A DNA stretch of 62,992 bases, the filler included, from Octopus bimaculoides (lineage: Eukaryota), in NCBI RefSeq assembly GCF_001194135.2. It is 4 parts of 3 records of this genome, joined end to end, with 100 filler letters (N's around TTAATTAATTAA, not from the genome) between each part and the next. Parts side by side here need not be neighbours in the genome. Positions count along the whole stretch, not along the records: positions 25,369 to 54,650 come from NC_068995.1; positions 54,751 to 60,368 come from NC_068995.1; positions 60,469 to 62,992 come from NC_068989.1; 1 more part is not named here. One strand, 5' to 3'. Below are positions 51,474 to 62,260 of this stretch, piece after piece; the first letter of the stretch is position 1; each line of letters opens with the position of its first letter. A model generated the notes under the pieces. That model was not told the DNA's origin, ran no database searches, and worked only from the letters and a program-made list of their open reading frames with translations. Made by a program: the position numbers and the translations under genes.

Positions 51474-51640
51474 CGAGGGAATGCTGAAAATTTCCTGGCT
51501 TTGAGATTAGTTGGTGATGAGCTTTTGGTATACATTTGCAGCCATTTGAAGTCCTTGGGGAAAAAGAATGAACATTGAAAAACTTATTTCCTTCGCAACC
51601 CACCTAGAAAACTTTGAAACATTACTTAAGAAAGGAAATA
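51474..51640 (+). mobile_element. Mariner-like terminal fragment
   Basis: TA|cgagggaatgctgaaaatttcctggc resembles a mariner TIR; no partner TIR seen. Confidence 0.4.
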
Positions 51641-51760
51641 TATTGTTCTGGGTTCTAGAGCCTGACATGAAAAATGATGCTTAATCTTTGAGCCTATTTC
51701 AAATCATTCTTGTAGAAATTTATTCTTTTAATATATGACAAAACCCGTTGGGTATTTTAA

Positions 51761-51766
51761 TTTATT
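51761..51766 (-). terminator. Candidate poly(A) signal of the TTC25-like gene
   Basis: AATAAA on the - strand about 290 bp past the stop codon; the AT-rich context makes chance occurrence likely. Confidence 0.3.
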
Positions 51767-52051
51767 CTGAATGAATATAAGCATTTATGTAAAACATTCA
51801 AATGTCTGGATTTACGTCTTAAGTGCAAAACAATAAAAAAATAACAATAAACAAATAGGAAAATACTGAAACATTTATACGTATATATTGAAGCCAAAAT
51901 CCAAAAGATGTAATAGCATAGTATTTCTCAGTGTTAATTATAAAAAAGTTCTGGTTGCTGTATGCATTTAACACCGCGATTTTGTATATTATATGTATGT
52001 ATATAAATTTGTGAGTATAAATATATATATGAACTAGTAGTATGTTTCCTG

Positions 52052-54031
52052 TTATGGTTGCTCTTGTTCTGCTGTTGGAACAGCTCCTTCTTCTACGACT
52101 GAAGGCTCTTTCCCCTCAAGGTCGGTTATGAATGATTGTACTTTGTCTTCATCGGTTATAAGTGATTGTTCTTCGTCACCTTCAGTTATTCCTGAGACTT
52201 CACCTTCGGTTACGACTGATGGTTCTCCTTCGCTCGTGACTGGTGGCTTTTCCTCCTTTGGTGGCTTTTCCTCCTTTGGTGGCTTTTCTTCGGCTATCAC
52301 GGAGGGTTCTTCGCTTATAAGTGATGGGTCTCCGGTTATGAATGACATACCTTCAGTTTCGGTTATAAATGATGTCCCTTCCGTACCTTCGGTCATTACT
52401 GATGGTACTCTTGCATCGGCTGTGGCTCCTTTGGCCGTGCCTGGTGGTTGATTTGCCTCTGCCGCTGCCTTTTCTGCTGCTGCTAATGCTGCTGCCGCAG
52501 CTGCCTCTCCTGCTGCTGCTACCGCCGCCTCCTCTGCTGCTGCTGCAGCTGCCGCCGCTTCTTCTTGCTCTTTTTTCAAACGTTCTACCTCATCCTTCTC
52601 CCTTGATTCTCTTAACTGTCTTTCTTCCTCTTCGCGTTCTGCTTCTTCTTTTACTATAACTTTTAATAGGTCCAGAACATTCTGGAGTGCTACCGAATCA
52701 TCTGTTGATTCCTCTTTAAAGTATTCATAACAATTTTCGATGTCTTTCAGAGCTTCTTTAAAGTTCTTCGTTCGAACATCAGCACAAGCTAATAGCACAT
52801 AACTGTGTGTAATATAATAATTATTCATACCTGTCTCAGCACATTGTATGCACATACTTATGTATTTCTTGGCCATTTCGTTGTTTACACCGAGATACAA
52901 AAGACCAAGTCGATAATTGAACCATATTTCTTGTAGTTCCGAAATACCGACATTATCGGTTTCTCCAACATCTACAAATATCTTATATTCTTTATCATCG
53001 CTGTAGGTCACAATGAGGCCACTCACTGCATTCAAAGTAATCTCGCTGTCATCTAATAAATCTCCAATGGCCAATAGATTAATATAAATAATTCGTGCTT
53101 CTTCCATCATTTTCTTTTCTAAATAGCAAGCTCCGATTAGCGAATACACTTCTGCTAAATGTCTTTGTTTACTTCCGAGTTCTTTTGTCGAATAAGTATT
53201 TAATATATTCACACACTTATCAATGCATTCACGGAATTTCTTAGCTTTGTAGATTCGATTTATTTCTTGCAAATCATCACCCAGCTTGGAACGCGCTCCT
53301 TGTTTCAATCTTTCTATTACAGGCATTTTGGCCAACAAGAATTTGGACTGGTTATTAAAATACACAATTTGGTTTATAACAACCAGTTTTGATAGCCACC
53401 CGTGTTCTCTTCGGCAGTCTATTTTTCTTAACACCTTTTGCAAAAATTTCTTGTCTTCGTACAATTCTGCCAAAAGAATCCACATTTTATCTTCACTGGG
53501 TAAAGTGGAATCGTTTTCAAAGACAAATACGCTAGTCATATTTTTATCTTCTGATTTTTTGGTGTCAGTTCTATCCTCGTCTGTAGTCTCCTCACCAATC
53601 TTCTTCTTCACTTTGTCCAGCCATCGTACTGCATTTAGAATTGCTTCTTCACATTTATAAACTCCTTTGATGAACATTTCCTGGTTGACTTGAAACTGGA
53701 CTCCACGGTGGAAATGAACGAGCGCCGCCTCAAAGTTGCTTTGTTGAAAATAAGCTTCAGCTTTTTGTAACACAGCATCGGGGAATGCACTATCGCTCTG
53801 CAGAGCAAGTTCAGTATCTTTTAATGCTTTATCAGGCCTTCCTTCTTTCAAATAACATTTTGAACGAGCCACAAGGCAGTGTTTATTTCCGGGTGAAAGT
53901 TCTAAAGCTTCCCCAAAGAAGTGAATCGCTTGTGTGTACTTTTTCTCAAGATATAACCTCACAGCCAGAGTCATATAATTGCGGTAACATTGGGGGCCCA
54001 ATTTCTGCTCCTTGCTCTCCGTTTTTTTCAT
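52052..54031 (-). CDS. TTC25: Intronless TPR protein, TTC25/ODAD4-like (outer dynein arm docking complex subunit), 659 aa, with an acidic low-complexity tail
   Basis: Uninterrupted ORF colinear with recalled human TTC25: KHCLVARSKCYLKEG~KNCLVARSKCFLKMG, LQKAEAY...FEAALVHFHRG~LQKAETL...FEFALVFYHRG, LLAELYEDKKFLQK~LLGELYVDKEYLEK, AEVYSLIG~GNLYSCIG, VLLACADVRTKNF~VLVAQAQVKLRDF. Confidence 0.9.
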   Translation of the reverse strand: MKKTESKEQKLGPQCYRNYMTLAVRLYLEKKYTQAIHFFGEALELSPGNKHCLVARSKCYLKEGRPDKALKDTELALQSDSAFPDAVLQKAEAYFQQSNFEAALVHFHRGVQFQVNQEMFIKGVYKCEEAILNAVRWLDKVKKKIGEETTDEDRTDTKKSEDKNMTSVFVFENDSTLPSEDKMWILLAELYEDKKFLQKVLRKIDCRREHGWLSKLVVINQIVYFNNQSKFLLAKMPVIERLKQGARSKLGDDLQEINRIYKAKKFRECIDKCVNILNTYSTKELGSKQRHLAEVYSLIGACYLEKKMMEEARIIYINLLAIGDLLDDSEITLNAVSGLIVTYSDDKEYKIFVDVGETDNVGISELQEIWFNYRLGLLYLGVNNEMAKKYISMCIQCAETGMNNYYITHSYVLLACADVRTKNFKEALKDIENCYEYFKEESTDDSVALQNVLDLLKVIVKEEAEREEEERQLRESREKDEVERLKKEQEEAAAAAAAAEEAAVAAAGEAAAAAALAAAEKAAAEANQPPGTAKGATADARVPSVMTEGTEGTSFITETEGMSFITGDPSLISEEPSVIAEEKPPKEEKPPKEEKPPVTSEGEPSVVTEGEVSGITEGDEEQSLITDEDKVQSFITDLEGKEPSVVEEGAVPTAEQEQP

Positions 54032-54650
54032 TTTGACAAATATTAGAATAAGGGGAAAAAATGTCCAAATGTATTTTCAGCTAGTTTTTAAAAAAAAAAT
54101 AACCTTCAAGACAACCAAACATGGAATAAAAAATGGTGATGTAATAAAAGAAATAAAACCAACTAGTAGTATTAGCAGTAGTAGTTGACTTTGATTATTA
54201 CGTCATCACTAGAAGTAGTAGTAGTTTATGATTATTATGACATATATTTCATAGCAATCTCTTTAATACAGAATATATACGAAAAAAAAAACGGGGAAAA
54301 GAGAGAGAAGAAAGGAAAAGAAAGAAAAGAAGGGGGAGTAAAGTGGTATAAGATTGATGGGGAGGGGGCAATGCCTCCACCGATTTCCTTTGCAAAATAA
54401 GAATAACAGTGGCTCCATCGGAGAAAATGAGCCCCACGAGGTGCAGTGGCTGCTGCCGGGAGTGTTGGCCATTCTTCTGCAACAACGCCATCGCGGTCAT
54501 TTCCACGGGGTGTGGCTGAGCACGCCATTTTTTTCTGGGGCATGGGGCTCATCTCCCCCTCTTTTCCCACCTTATGCCACTTTACCCCCACCCCACTTTT
54601 GTCCTTTCTTTCTTTTCCTTTCTTACCCCTCTTTTTTTCCTGTTTCTTTG

Positions 54651-54750
54651 NNNNNNNNNNNNNNNNNNNNNNNNNNNNNNNNNNNNNNNNNNNNTTAATT
54701 AATTAANNNNNNNNNNNNNNNNNNNNNNNNNNNNNNNNNNNNNNNNNNNN
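54651..54750. other. Artificial scaffold-join spacer
   Basis: 44N-TTAATTAATTAA-44N. Confidence 0.9.
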
Positions 54751-55132
54751 CCTTTTTTGTATTTTATTTAATTTTGTTAACGTATGTAGTATTTAATTCC
54801 GTTTGTTTATCTATGTATTGTATTGTATTATATTTTGTTCATATTGTTATTGGTTTATGGGGAATTTATTGTCATATGTTGTGGTTTGTTAGGGTGGTGT
54901 GTTAGTGTTCCATTCCAGTTTCCTATTCAGGCTAGGTTTATCTTCTATTATGTGTGTAGCTTCTGTAATTTGTCTAAGTGCTGCGTCTCTGCTATGTGCG
55001 GATAAGATTTTAATTTCTATGTTGTTGAGTGAGCCTCCGTGTTCTTGCTCAGCGTGCTGGTACAGAACTGGTGAGCTCTTCCCTTCCTTAAGTTCCCTCC
55101 AATGAACATCGGAGGGAACTTAAGGAAGGGAA

Positions 55133-55453
55133 TAAGGTTTGTTTAAGGATGTTGAGCAAAACACCCATGTTTCTAAAGGTGAATTATTCAACCCCCAAAG
55201 AATTCTTCTCAACACATAGCTATGATGCTCACCCACTACTTTTGCTCATGATCAGAGATGCACATATTGTCAGCCACTAAGGGACATGCCCAACCGGTTA
55301 TGGTCAAACAACTGACAAGCAAATCTGTGGTATTAAGCAGAATATTTGCTGTAGCCCATCTTTTATACCAAAACAAAAGAATGTACATGATAACACTTCC
55401 AATCAATTAAGATCAGAAACCATGAGAGCCACTGCCTGGTACTGCATCCGGAC

Positions 55454-55465
<12 letters not shown>
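55133..55465. mobile_element. Fragment of a (TTA)n-bounded interspersed repeat
   Basis: 55140-55220 recurs at about 56015-56097 (aaaacacccatgttt..aaaggtgaattat...tctcaacacat). Confidence 0.6.
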
Positions 55466-55507
<42 letters not shown>

Positions 55508-55511
<4 letters not shown>

Positions 55512-55690
55512 AATATAGTGGAATTCACTTGCCATTTTATTAATTCCTCCAGGCTGAGATGTCAACAGCTTACAAATATGTCTATCATCATGGGTTTTGA
55601 AGACTGTGGAGTGAGGCTGTTTTTTAAGCTTGTTGACATCTCAGCCTGGAGGAATTAATAATATGGCAGGTGAATTCCATCATATTTATA
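55508..55690. mobile_element. Fold-back MITE with ~65-bp TIRs
   Basis: tataaatatagtggaattcacttgccattttattaattcctccaggctgagatgtcaacagctta is inverted, with few mismatches, at 55625-55690. Confidence 0.85.
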
Positions 55691-55718
55691 CTAAACTTTT
55701 TGACAATTCTTTTCTTTC

Positions 55719-55779
<61 letters not shown>

Positions 55780-55780
<1 letters not shown>

Positions 55781-56100
55781 GAGTGAGAGAGCAGTGCATG
55801 CCATCAAAGTTACACTGGGGTAAAATATACAAAGCCCATTATATCCATCATGACTACTCGTTTGATAAGGGTACACCAGGTCCATCCATCACAACCACAT
55901 GTGCACGACATGGTGATCTCATATCAAGATTAATAGTACATGACCTTGCAGGTGGGGCCCAATTAGAATTTTCTTCAGGTCGAGTAGCCCATCCTGCTCA
56001 AAAGGTCCATGAATAAGAGTTGTTTAATGATGTTGGACAAAACACCCATGTTTCCAAAGGTGAATTATCCAAATCCCAAAGAATTCCTCTCAACACATTT
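55780..56100. mobile_element. Second fragment of the same (TTA)n-bounded repeat
   Basis: Shares a segment with 55140-55220 and is preceded by (TTA)n. Confidence 0.6.
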
Positions 56101-56389
56101 AGCCCCAGGAGACATCGTCTCCAGCTGGTTATACGACACGATCTGTGTTCTTATATTTTCGAACAAGGGAACCTAGCACCCCAACTCAGCTCAAAGCAAT
56201 ATCTGTGTATCGCGATTTCTGAGTTATTTCTCTTCATCATGACCCGGAAATCGGGTTATATTGGCAAAAATCTTTACTCCAAATGAAATTAAGTGTTTTG
56301 CTCAAGAGCACAACAGATTGCTCTATCCAGGGATGAAAGCCACCATCTTACAGTCGTGAATCCAACACCATAACCACTAGGGTACTAGT

Positions 56390-56536
56390 GGTACTCATTT
56401 CTACAGCTGAGTGGACTGGATCAATGTGAAATGAAGTGTTTTGCTCAAGAACACAACGCGTCGCCCGGTCCAGGAATCGAAACCACAATTTTACGATTAT
56501 TAGTCCAACACTCAAACTACTAAGCCACGCGTCTCC
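56390..56536 (-). mobile_element. F2 SINE
   Basis: cagctgagtggactgga..atgtgaaatgaagtgttttgctcaagaacacaacgcgtcgcccggtccaggaatcgaaacc. Confidence 0.8.
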
Positions 56537-57240
56537 ACAGATCATGCAAAGGAGAGGGTCTCAATTGACCATATTCGGGAATGAGTAAAAAAATAAATTA
56601 AATATGAAGAATGTTTCGAAAATATTGACATAAAAGAATCTGATCTTGCGGTTTATAAGACTTTGTACCATTCTGTTTAAGATTTGGCATTNNNNNNNNN
56701 NNNNNNNNNNNNNNNNNNNNNNNNNNNNNNNNNNNNNNNNNNNNNNNNNNNNNNNNNNNNNNNNNNNNNNNNNNNNNNNNNNNNNNNNNNNNNNNNNNNN
56801 NNNNNNNNNNNNNNNNNNNNNNNNNNNNNNNNNNNNNNNNNNNNNNNNNNNNNNNNNNNNNNNNNNNNNNNNNNNNNNNNNNNNNNNNNNNNNNNNNNNN
56901 NNNNNNNNNNNNNNNNNNNNNNNNNNNNNNNNNNNNNNNNNNNNNNNNNNNNNNNNNNNNNNNNNNNNNNNNNNNNNNNNNNNNNNNNNNNNNNNNNNNN
57001 NNNNNNNNNNNNNNNNNNNNNNNNNNNNNNNNNNNNNNNNNNNNNNNNNNNNNNNNNNNNNNNNNNNNNNNNNNNNNNNNNNNNNNNNNNNNNNNNNNNN
57101 NNNNNNNNNNNTGGTGGTGGTGGTGGTGGTGGTGGTGGTGGTGGAGCTGTTGCTTCGGTTGGTGCTGTTGCTGGTGCTGTTTAAGCCTGAGTTAACACAT
57201 GTCAAAGCAGACTTGTAATGGAAAATACTTAATATATGAT

Positions 57241-57660
57241 CAGGAGTGGCTGTGTGGTAAGTAGCTTGCCTACCAACCACATGGTTCCAGATTCAGTCCC
57301 ACTGGGTGGCATCTTGGGCAAGTGTCTTCTACTATAGCCTCGGGCCGACCAAGTGGATTTGGTTGACGGAAGCTGAAAGAAACCCGTCGTATATATGTAT
57401 GTATATATATGTATATCTATATATATGTGTGTGTATGTGTTTGTGTGTATGTGTTTGTGTGTATGTGTTTGTCCCTCCGACATCGCTTGACAACCGATGC
57501 TGGTGTGTTTACCTTCCCGTAACTTAGCGGTTCGGCAAAAGAGACCGATAGAATAAGTACAAGACTTACAAAGAATAAGTCCTGGGGTCGATTTGCTCGA
57601 CTAAAGGCGGTGCTCCAGCATGGCCACAGTCAAAAGACTGAAACAAGTAAAAGAGTAAAG
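57241..57660 (+). mobile_element. Most complete F1 SINE: tRNA-like head, internal (TG/TA)n, conserved 3' half
   Basis: A box gtggctgtgtgg, B box ggttccagattcagtccc. 3' half gtttgtccctccgacatcgcttgacaacc...gctccagcatggccacagtc...gactgaaacaagtaaaag recurs throughout the window. Confidence 0.85.
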
Positions 57661-58270
57661 AGTAACCCGTCTTTTTTTCTTTTTCTTTTTTTTTTCTCTT
57701 TTCGACATAGAACATCTACGAATACATTATCCAATGTCTCTTTTGTTTTTAAAGACGGTAAAGACCGGCTGGGTGGAAATTCGGTCGATATTTTAAATAT
57801 GCGGTCTAGTTATTCTTTTATTCATTTATTCTTTTACTTGTTTCTGCCATTTAACTGCAGCCATGCTGGAGCACCACTTTAAATGGTTTTAGTCGAACAA
57901 ACCGACCCCAGAACTTATTCTTTATAAGCCTAGTACTTATTCTATTGTGGTTTTTTTGCCGAACCGCTAGATTACGGGGACATGAACACACCAGCATCGG
58001 TGTGTTTAATAACTTCAACCTGATCTATAACATTAGCAACAAGACTCACACTAACAACAACAGCAATAACTTCAACGAAAACCTGATCCGTCTTAACAGT
58101 ATTATAAGACGTCGGACATTTTCAATGCATTGTGTTCTGTAGAGTTTACCTATTTATGGCAAGCCACATCTTACATAGCTCAGGAATGGGATCCTCAACC
58201 CGCGAAGCCCCTGAACAAGTATTCCATTCTTGAAGACGGCAATGACGAAAAAATCTATAACATTTGTTGT

Positions 58271-58271
58271 G

Positions 58272-58354
<83 letters not shown>

Positions 58355-58357
58355 AAG

Positions 58358-58406
<49 letters not shown>

Positions 58407-58584
58407 GCAGCAGCAGCAGCAGCAACAGAAACTACACAAGAAACAGCTGCAACAACAGCAACAAAGGTAACAGCAACAGTAACAACAGCAGCAGTAGCAG
58501 CAGTAGCGACAAGAACATCAAGAAGAAGAAGAAGAAGAAGAAGAAGAAGAAGAAGAAGAAGAAGAAGAAGAAGAAGAAGAAGAA
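58271..58584. repeat. Compound trinucleotide array (AGT)n(AAG)n(AAC)n(AGC)n...(AAG)n
   Basis: Read directly; explains the homopolymer ORFs in the track. Confidence 0.97.
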
Positions 58585-59497
58585 NNNNNNNNNNNNNNNN
58601 NNNNNNNNNNNNNNNNNNNNNNNNNNNNNNNNNNNNNNNNNNNNNNNNNNNNNNNNNNNNNNNNNNNNNNNNNNNNNNNNNNNNNNNNNNNNNNNNNNNN
58701 NNNNNNNNNNNNNNNNNNNNNNNNNNNNNNNNNNNNNNNNNNNNNNNNNNNNNNNNNNNNNNNNNNNNNNNNNNNNNNNNNNNNNNNNNNNNNNNNNNNN
58801 NNNNNNNNNNNNNNNNNNNNNNNNNNNNNNNNNNNNNNNNNNNNNNNNNNNNNNNNNNNNNNNNNNNNNNNNNNNNNNNNNNNNNNNNNNNNNNNNNNNN
58901 NNNNNNNNNNNNNNNNNNNNNNNNNNNNNNNNNNNNNNNNNNNNNNNNNNNNNNNNNNNNNNNNNNNNNNNNNNNNNNNNNNNNNNNNNNNNNNNNNNNN
59001 NNNNNNNNNNNNNNNNNNNNNNNNNNNNNNNNNNNNNNNNNNNNNNNNNNNNNNNNNNNNNNNNNNNNNNNNNNNNNNNNNNNNNNNNNNNNNNNNNNNN
59101 NNNNNNNNNNNNNNNNNNNNNNNNNNNNNNNNNNNNNNNNNNNNNNNNNNNNNNNNNNNNNNNNNNNNNNNNNNNNNNNNNNNNNNNNNNNNNNNNNNNN
59201 NNNNNNNNNNNNNNNNNNNNNNNNNNNNNNNNNNNNNNNNNNNNNNNNNNNNNNNNNNNNNNNNNNNNNNNNNNNNNNNNNNNNNNNNNNNNNNNNNNNN
59301 NNNNNNNNNNNNNNNNNNNNNNNNNNNNNNNNNNNNNNNNNNNNNNNNNNNNNNNNNNNNNNNNNNNNNNNNNNNNNNNNNNNNNNNNNNNNNNNNNNNN
59401 NNNNNNNNNNNNNNNNNNNNNNNNNNNNNNNNNNNNNNNNNNNNNNNNNNNNNNNNNNNNNNNNNNNNNNNNNNNNNNNNNNNNNNNNNNNNNNNNN

Positions 59498-59498
<1 letters not shown>

Positions 59499-59533
<35 letters not shown>

Positions 59534-59900
59534 ATTTTCTCATTTTTCTATCCTTTTCTTTTTCACTTTTCTCTCTTTTCCTTTCTCATTTTCTTCCTCT
59601 TTTATCGTTTTTCCTCCTCTTTCCTTTAATTTTATTCTCACTCTTCCCTCTCGTCTCCCTCTCTCATATTTTCTCGTTTTTTTCTATCTTTTTCTTTTTC
59701 TTTTCTTTTTCTTCGCCGTCTTTTTATTTCACAATTTTCTCCATTTTCCCTCTCTTTTCTCATCTTTTCTCTCTCCTTCCTCTTTGTTTTTTCCTCACTC
59801 TTCTCTCTCTCTTTCACTCTCTCTTCTCTTCATTCTCTCTTTTTCACTTTCCCTCTCTTTCTTCCATTCTCCCTTACACCACTCTCTTCATTTTATACTG
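59499..59900. repeat. Polypyrimidine/polypurine (CT-rich) low-complexity tract
   Basis: Read directly from the sequence. Confidence 0.9.
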
Positions 59901-60265
59901 TCGTATTCGACTACCTGAAATAACCTTACACACCCGTCTTTTAGCCACACTTGCGCACATAATCCTCTTTTTCCCTCCTTTTTGTTTTCTTTTCCATTTA
60001 GCCCTCTTCCCTCCGCCTATATGAACCATTCTTGGTAAGGCAAGAGAGATAGATTTACTTACCATTCACTCATCTTTCAATGAAGAGCTGAAGTAACAAA
60101 GCTCGGGCTCATATATCTACATATTTATATTTATATTTATTAATACACCATTGGCTTGCAGGTCTTTCTCGAATGAAGGGCTAAAACCACACAGATATAC
60201 ATACATACATACACATTAAGCATCCTCCAGAAATCTTAGAGTGAAGAGATAACGGCATACATCCG

Positions 60266-60319
<54 letters not shown>

Positions 60320-60368
60320 CTACGTACATACATAAATACATACATACATACATATACTCACATATACA

Positions 60369-60468
60369 NNNNNNNNNNNNNNNNNNNNNNNNNNNNNNNN
60401 NNNNNNNNNNNNTTAATTAATTAANNNNNNNNNNNNNNNNNNNNNNNNNNNNNNNNNNNNNNNNNNNN
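60369..60468. other. Artificial scaffold-join spacer
   Basis: 44N-TTAATTAATTAA-44N. Confidence 0.9.
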
Positions 60469-61358
60469 CACCACCACCACCATCACCACCACCACAGACT
60501 CCACTAACATCACTTCCAGCAACATCACCAACACCTTCACCAACAATAGCAACAACAATACCACCTTACTTCTACCATCCACTAACCTCTTCCTCTACAT
60601 GTTCTTACTACATGTTCTAACACCACCATCATCACCACCACCATACAGCTCCTCCCTCCCAACGTCCCCAGAGTGTGTGTATGCATGTGGAGAGCATATA
60701 TTCTTTTACTTTATCACTCGCTTCAATCATTGCTATCTGGCCTTGCTGGAGCACCACTTTTGCAGGGCTTTTGTGGATCAAATCGATCCCTGGACATATT
60801 TCAGTCTGATAAAAATTTCATCGAATTCATATTTTACGAAGCACAAAAGGATACAACATAAACAACACCNNNNNNNNNNNNNNNNNNNNNNNNNNNNNNN
60901 NNNNNNNNNNNNNNNNNNNNNNNNNNNNNNNNNNNNNNNNNNNNNNNNNNNNNNNNNNNNNNNNNNNNNCCTTGATTGTGTCGAGAACGATGAAAACTTC
61001 TTGAAAACTTTGCGTAGGCCTCTGAACAGGTATTATCAAGCTTTTGGCAAAATTTGATGCAGATTATCTGCTCAACTTACCCTGTCATTGTCAATGCTAC
61101 AATCACACGCTACACACTTTCCTTCCAAGCACTGTTGTAAACAGCGAAAGTATGGTAGGACGTTAAAACTTAGAGCGCTTGCACAGCAAAGTTCAAGGTC
61201 AATCTCTGCCAAGCGGCTTCACTCTGTGTGCTTTAGTTTCGTAACTATGGCAACAGTCCGGATACTTATTGATCAGAGTAGTATATATATGCATTGTGTG
61301 CGTGCGCGCGCGAGCGTGTATGTGGAGGCACAATGGCCTAGTGGTCAGGGTAGCAGAC

Positions 61359-61610
61359 TTTTTATCTTGTTTTCACTGTTCAATTTTTCCTGTCTTGGTT
61401 TACGTTTGCCACCTTGGAATCCTTTGTTTAGTGGGTTGATCCACTACTCAGGAAGAGACTATTCTAGAGTACGTTCTGCCTTATCTTCGAAACGTCGAGT
61501 TAGAATAGAGGCAGCTGATGAAGGAATATTCCAAGGTGGTTTCCGTTTCCCTATGTGTTCGTTCTGTGGTCTGTAGTTCATTGTTCTAACGTCCTGTACC
61601 CTGATATGCA
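61359..61610 (+). mobile_element. Structured repeat, same family as the window start, with hammerhead half-motifs
   Basis: 61359-61457 is the reverse complement of 1-100. Contains GAAACGTC (61489-61496), CTGATGA (61515-61521) and nested inverted repeats. Confidence 0.5.
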
Positions 61611-61927
61611 TCTATATACACATGTAGATGTATGTACATATATGTGTGTATACATGCATATATATTCTTTGTATATATATATATATGTATATATATNNNN
61701 NNNNNNNNNNNNNNNNNNNNNNNNNNNNNNNNNNNNNNNNNNNNNNNNNNNNNNNNNNNNNNNNNNNNNNNNNNNNNNNNNNNNNNNNNNNNNNNNNNNN
61801 NNNNNNNNNNNNNNNNNNNNNNNNNNNNNNNNNNNNNNNNNNNNNNNNNNNNNNNNNNNNNNNNNNNNNNNNNNNNNNNNNNNNNNNNNNNNNNNNNNNN
61901 NNNNNNNNNNNNNNNNNNNNNNNNNNN

Positions 61928-62260
61928 AGCAATAAGAAAATGGAGGGGAATATGTGGTACTCATCAACTCGCAGACATTGTATTATGTCAATTTACCTGT
62001 TTATTTTTCAACTAAGAGGACAATAAAAACAATATACAAACACATATGACATTTTATGTTATATCAGTAATTAAAAATTAAAAAGGACATCTAATGACCG
62101 TCCTTTAAAATTTTTAATTACTGATATGACATAAAATGTCATATGTGTTTGTATATTGTTTTTATTGTCCTCTTAGTTGAAAAATAAACTGGTAAATTGA
62201 CATAATACAATGTCTGCGAGTTGATGAGTACCACATATCCCCCTCCACTTTCTTATTGCT
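61928..62260. repeat. 333-bp fold-back: two 161-bp inverted arms with an 11-nt loop
   Basis: 61928-62088 is the near-perfect reverse complement of 62100-62260; the loop is atctaatgacc. Confidence 0.95.

Noticed and set aside
52128-53660. + strand ORFs overlapping the TTC25-like gene
   Set aside because: They are antisense shadows of a biased, low-complexity coding sequence.
58130-59918. Long ORFs of 367-562 aa, and all other ORFs crossing N runs or microsatellites
   Set aside because: They stay open only because of Ns and stop-free simple repeats, and show no domain signal.
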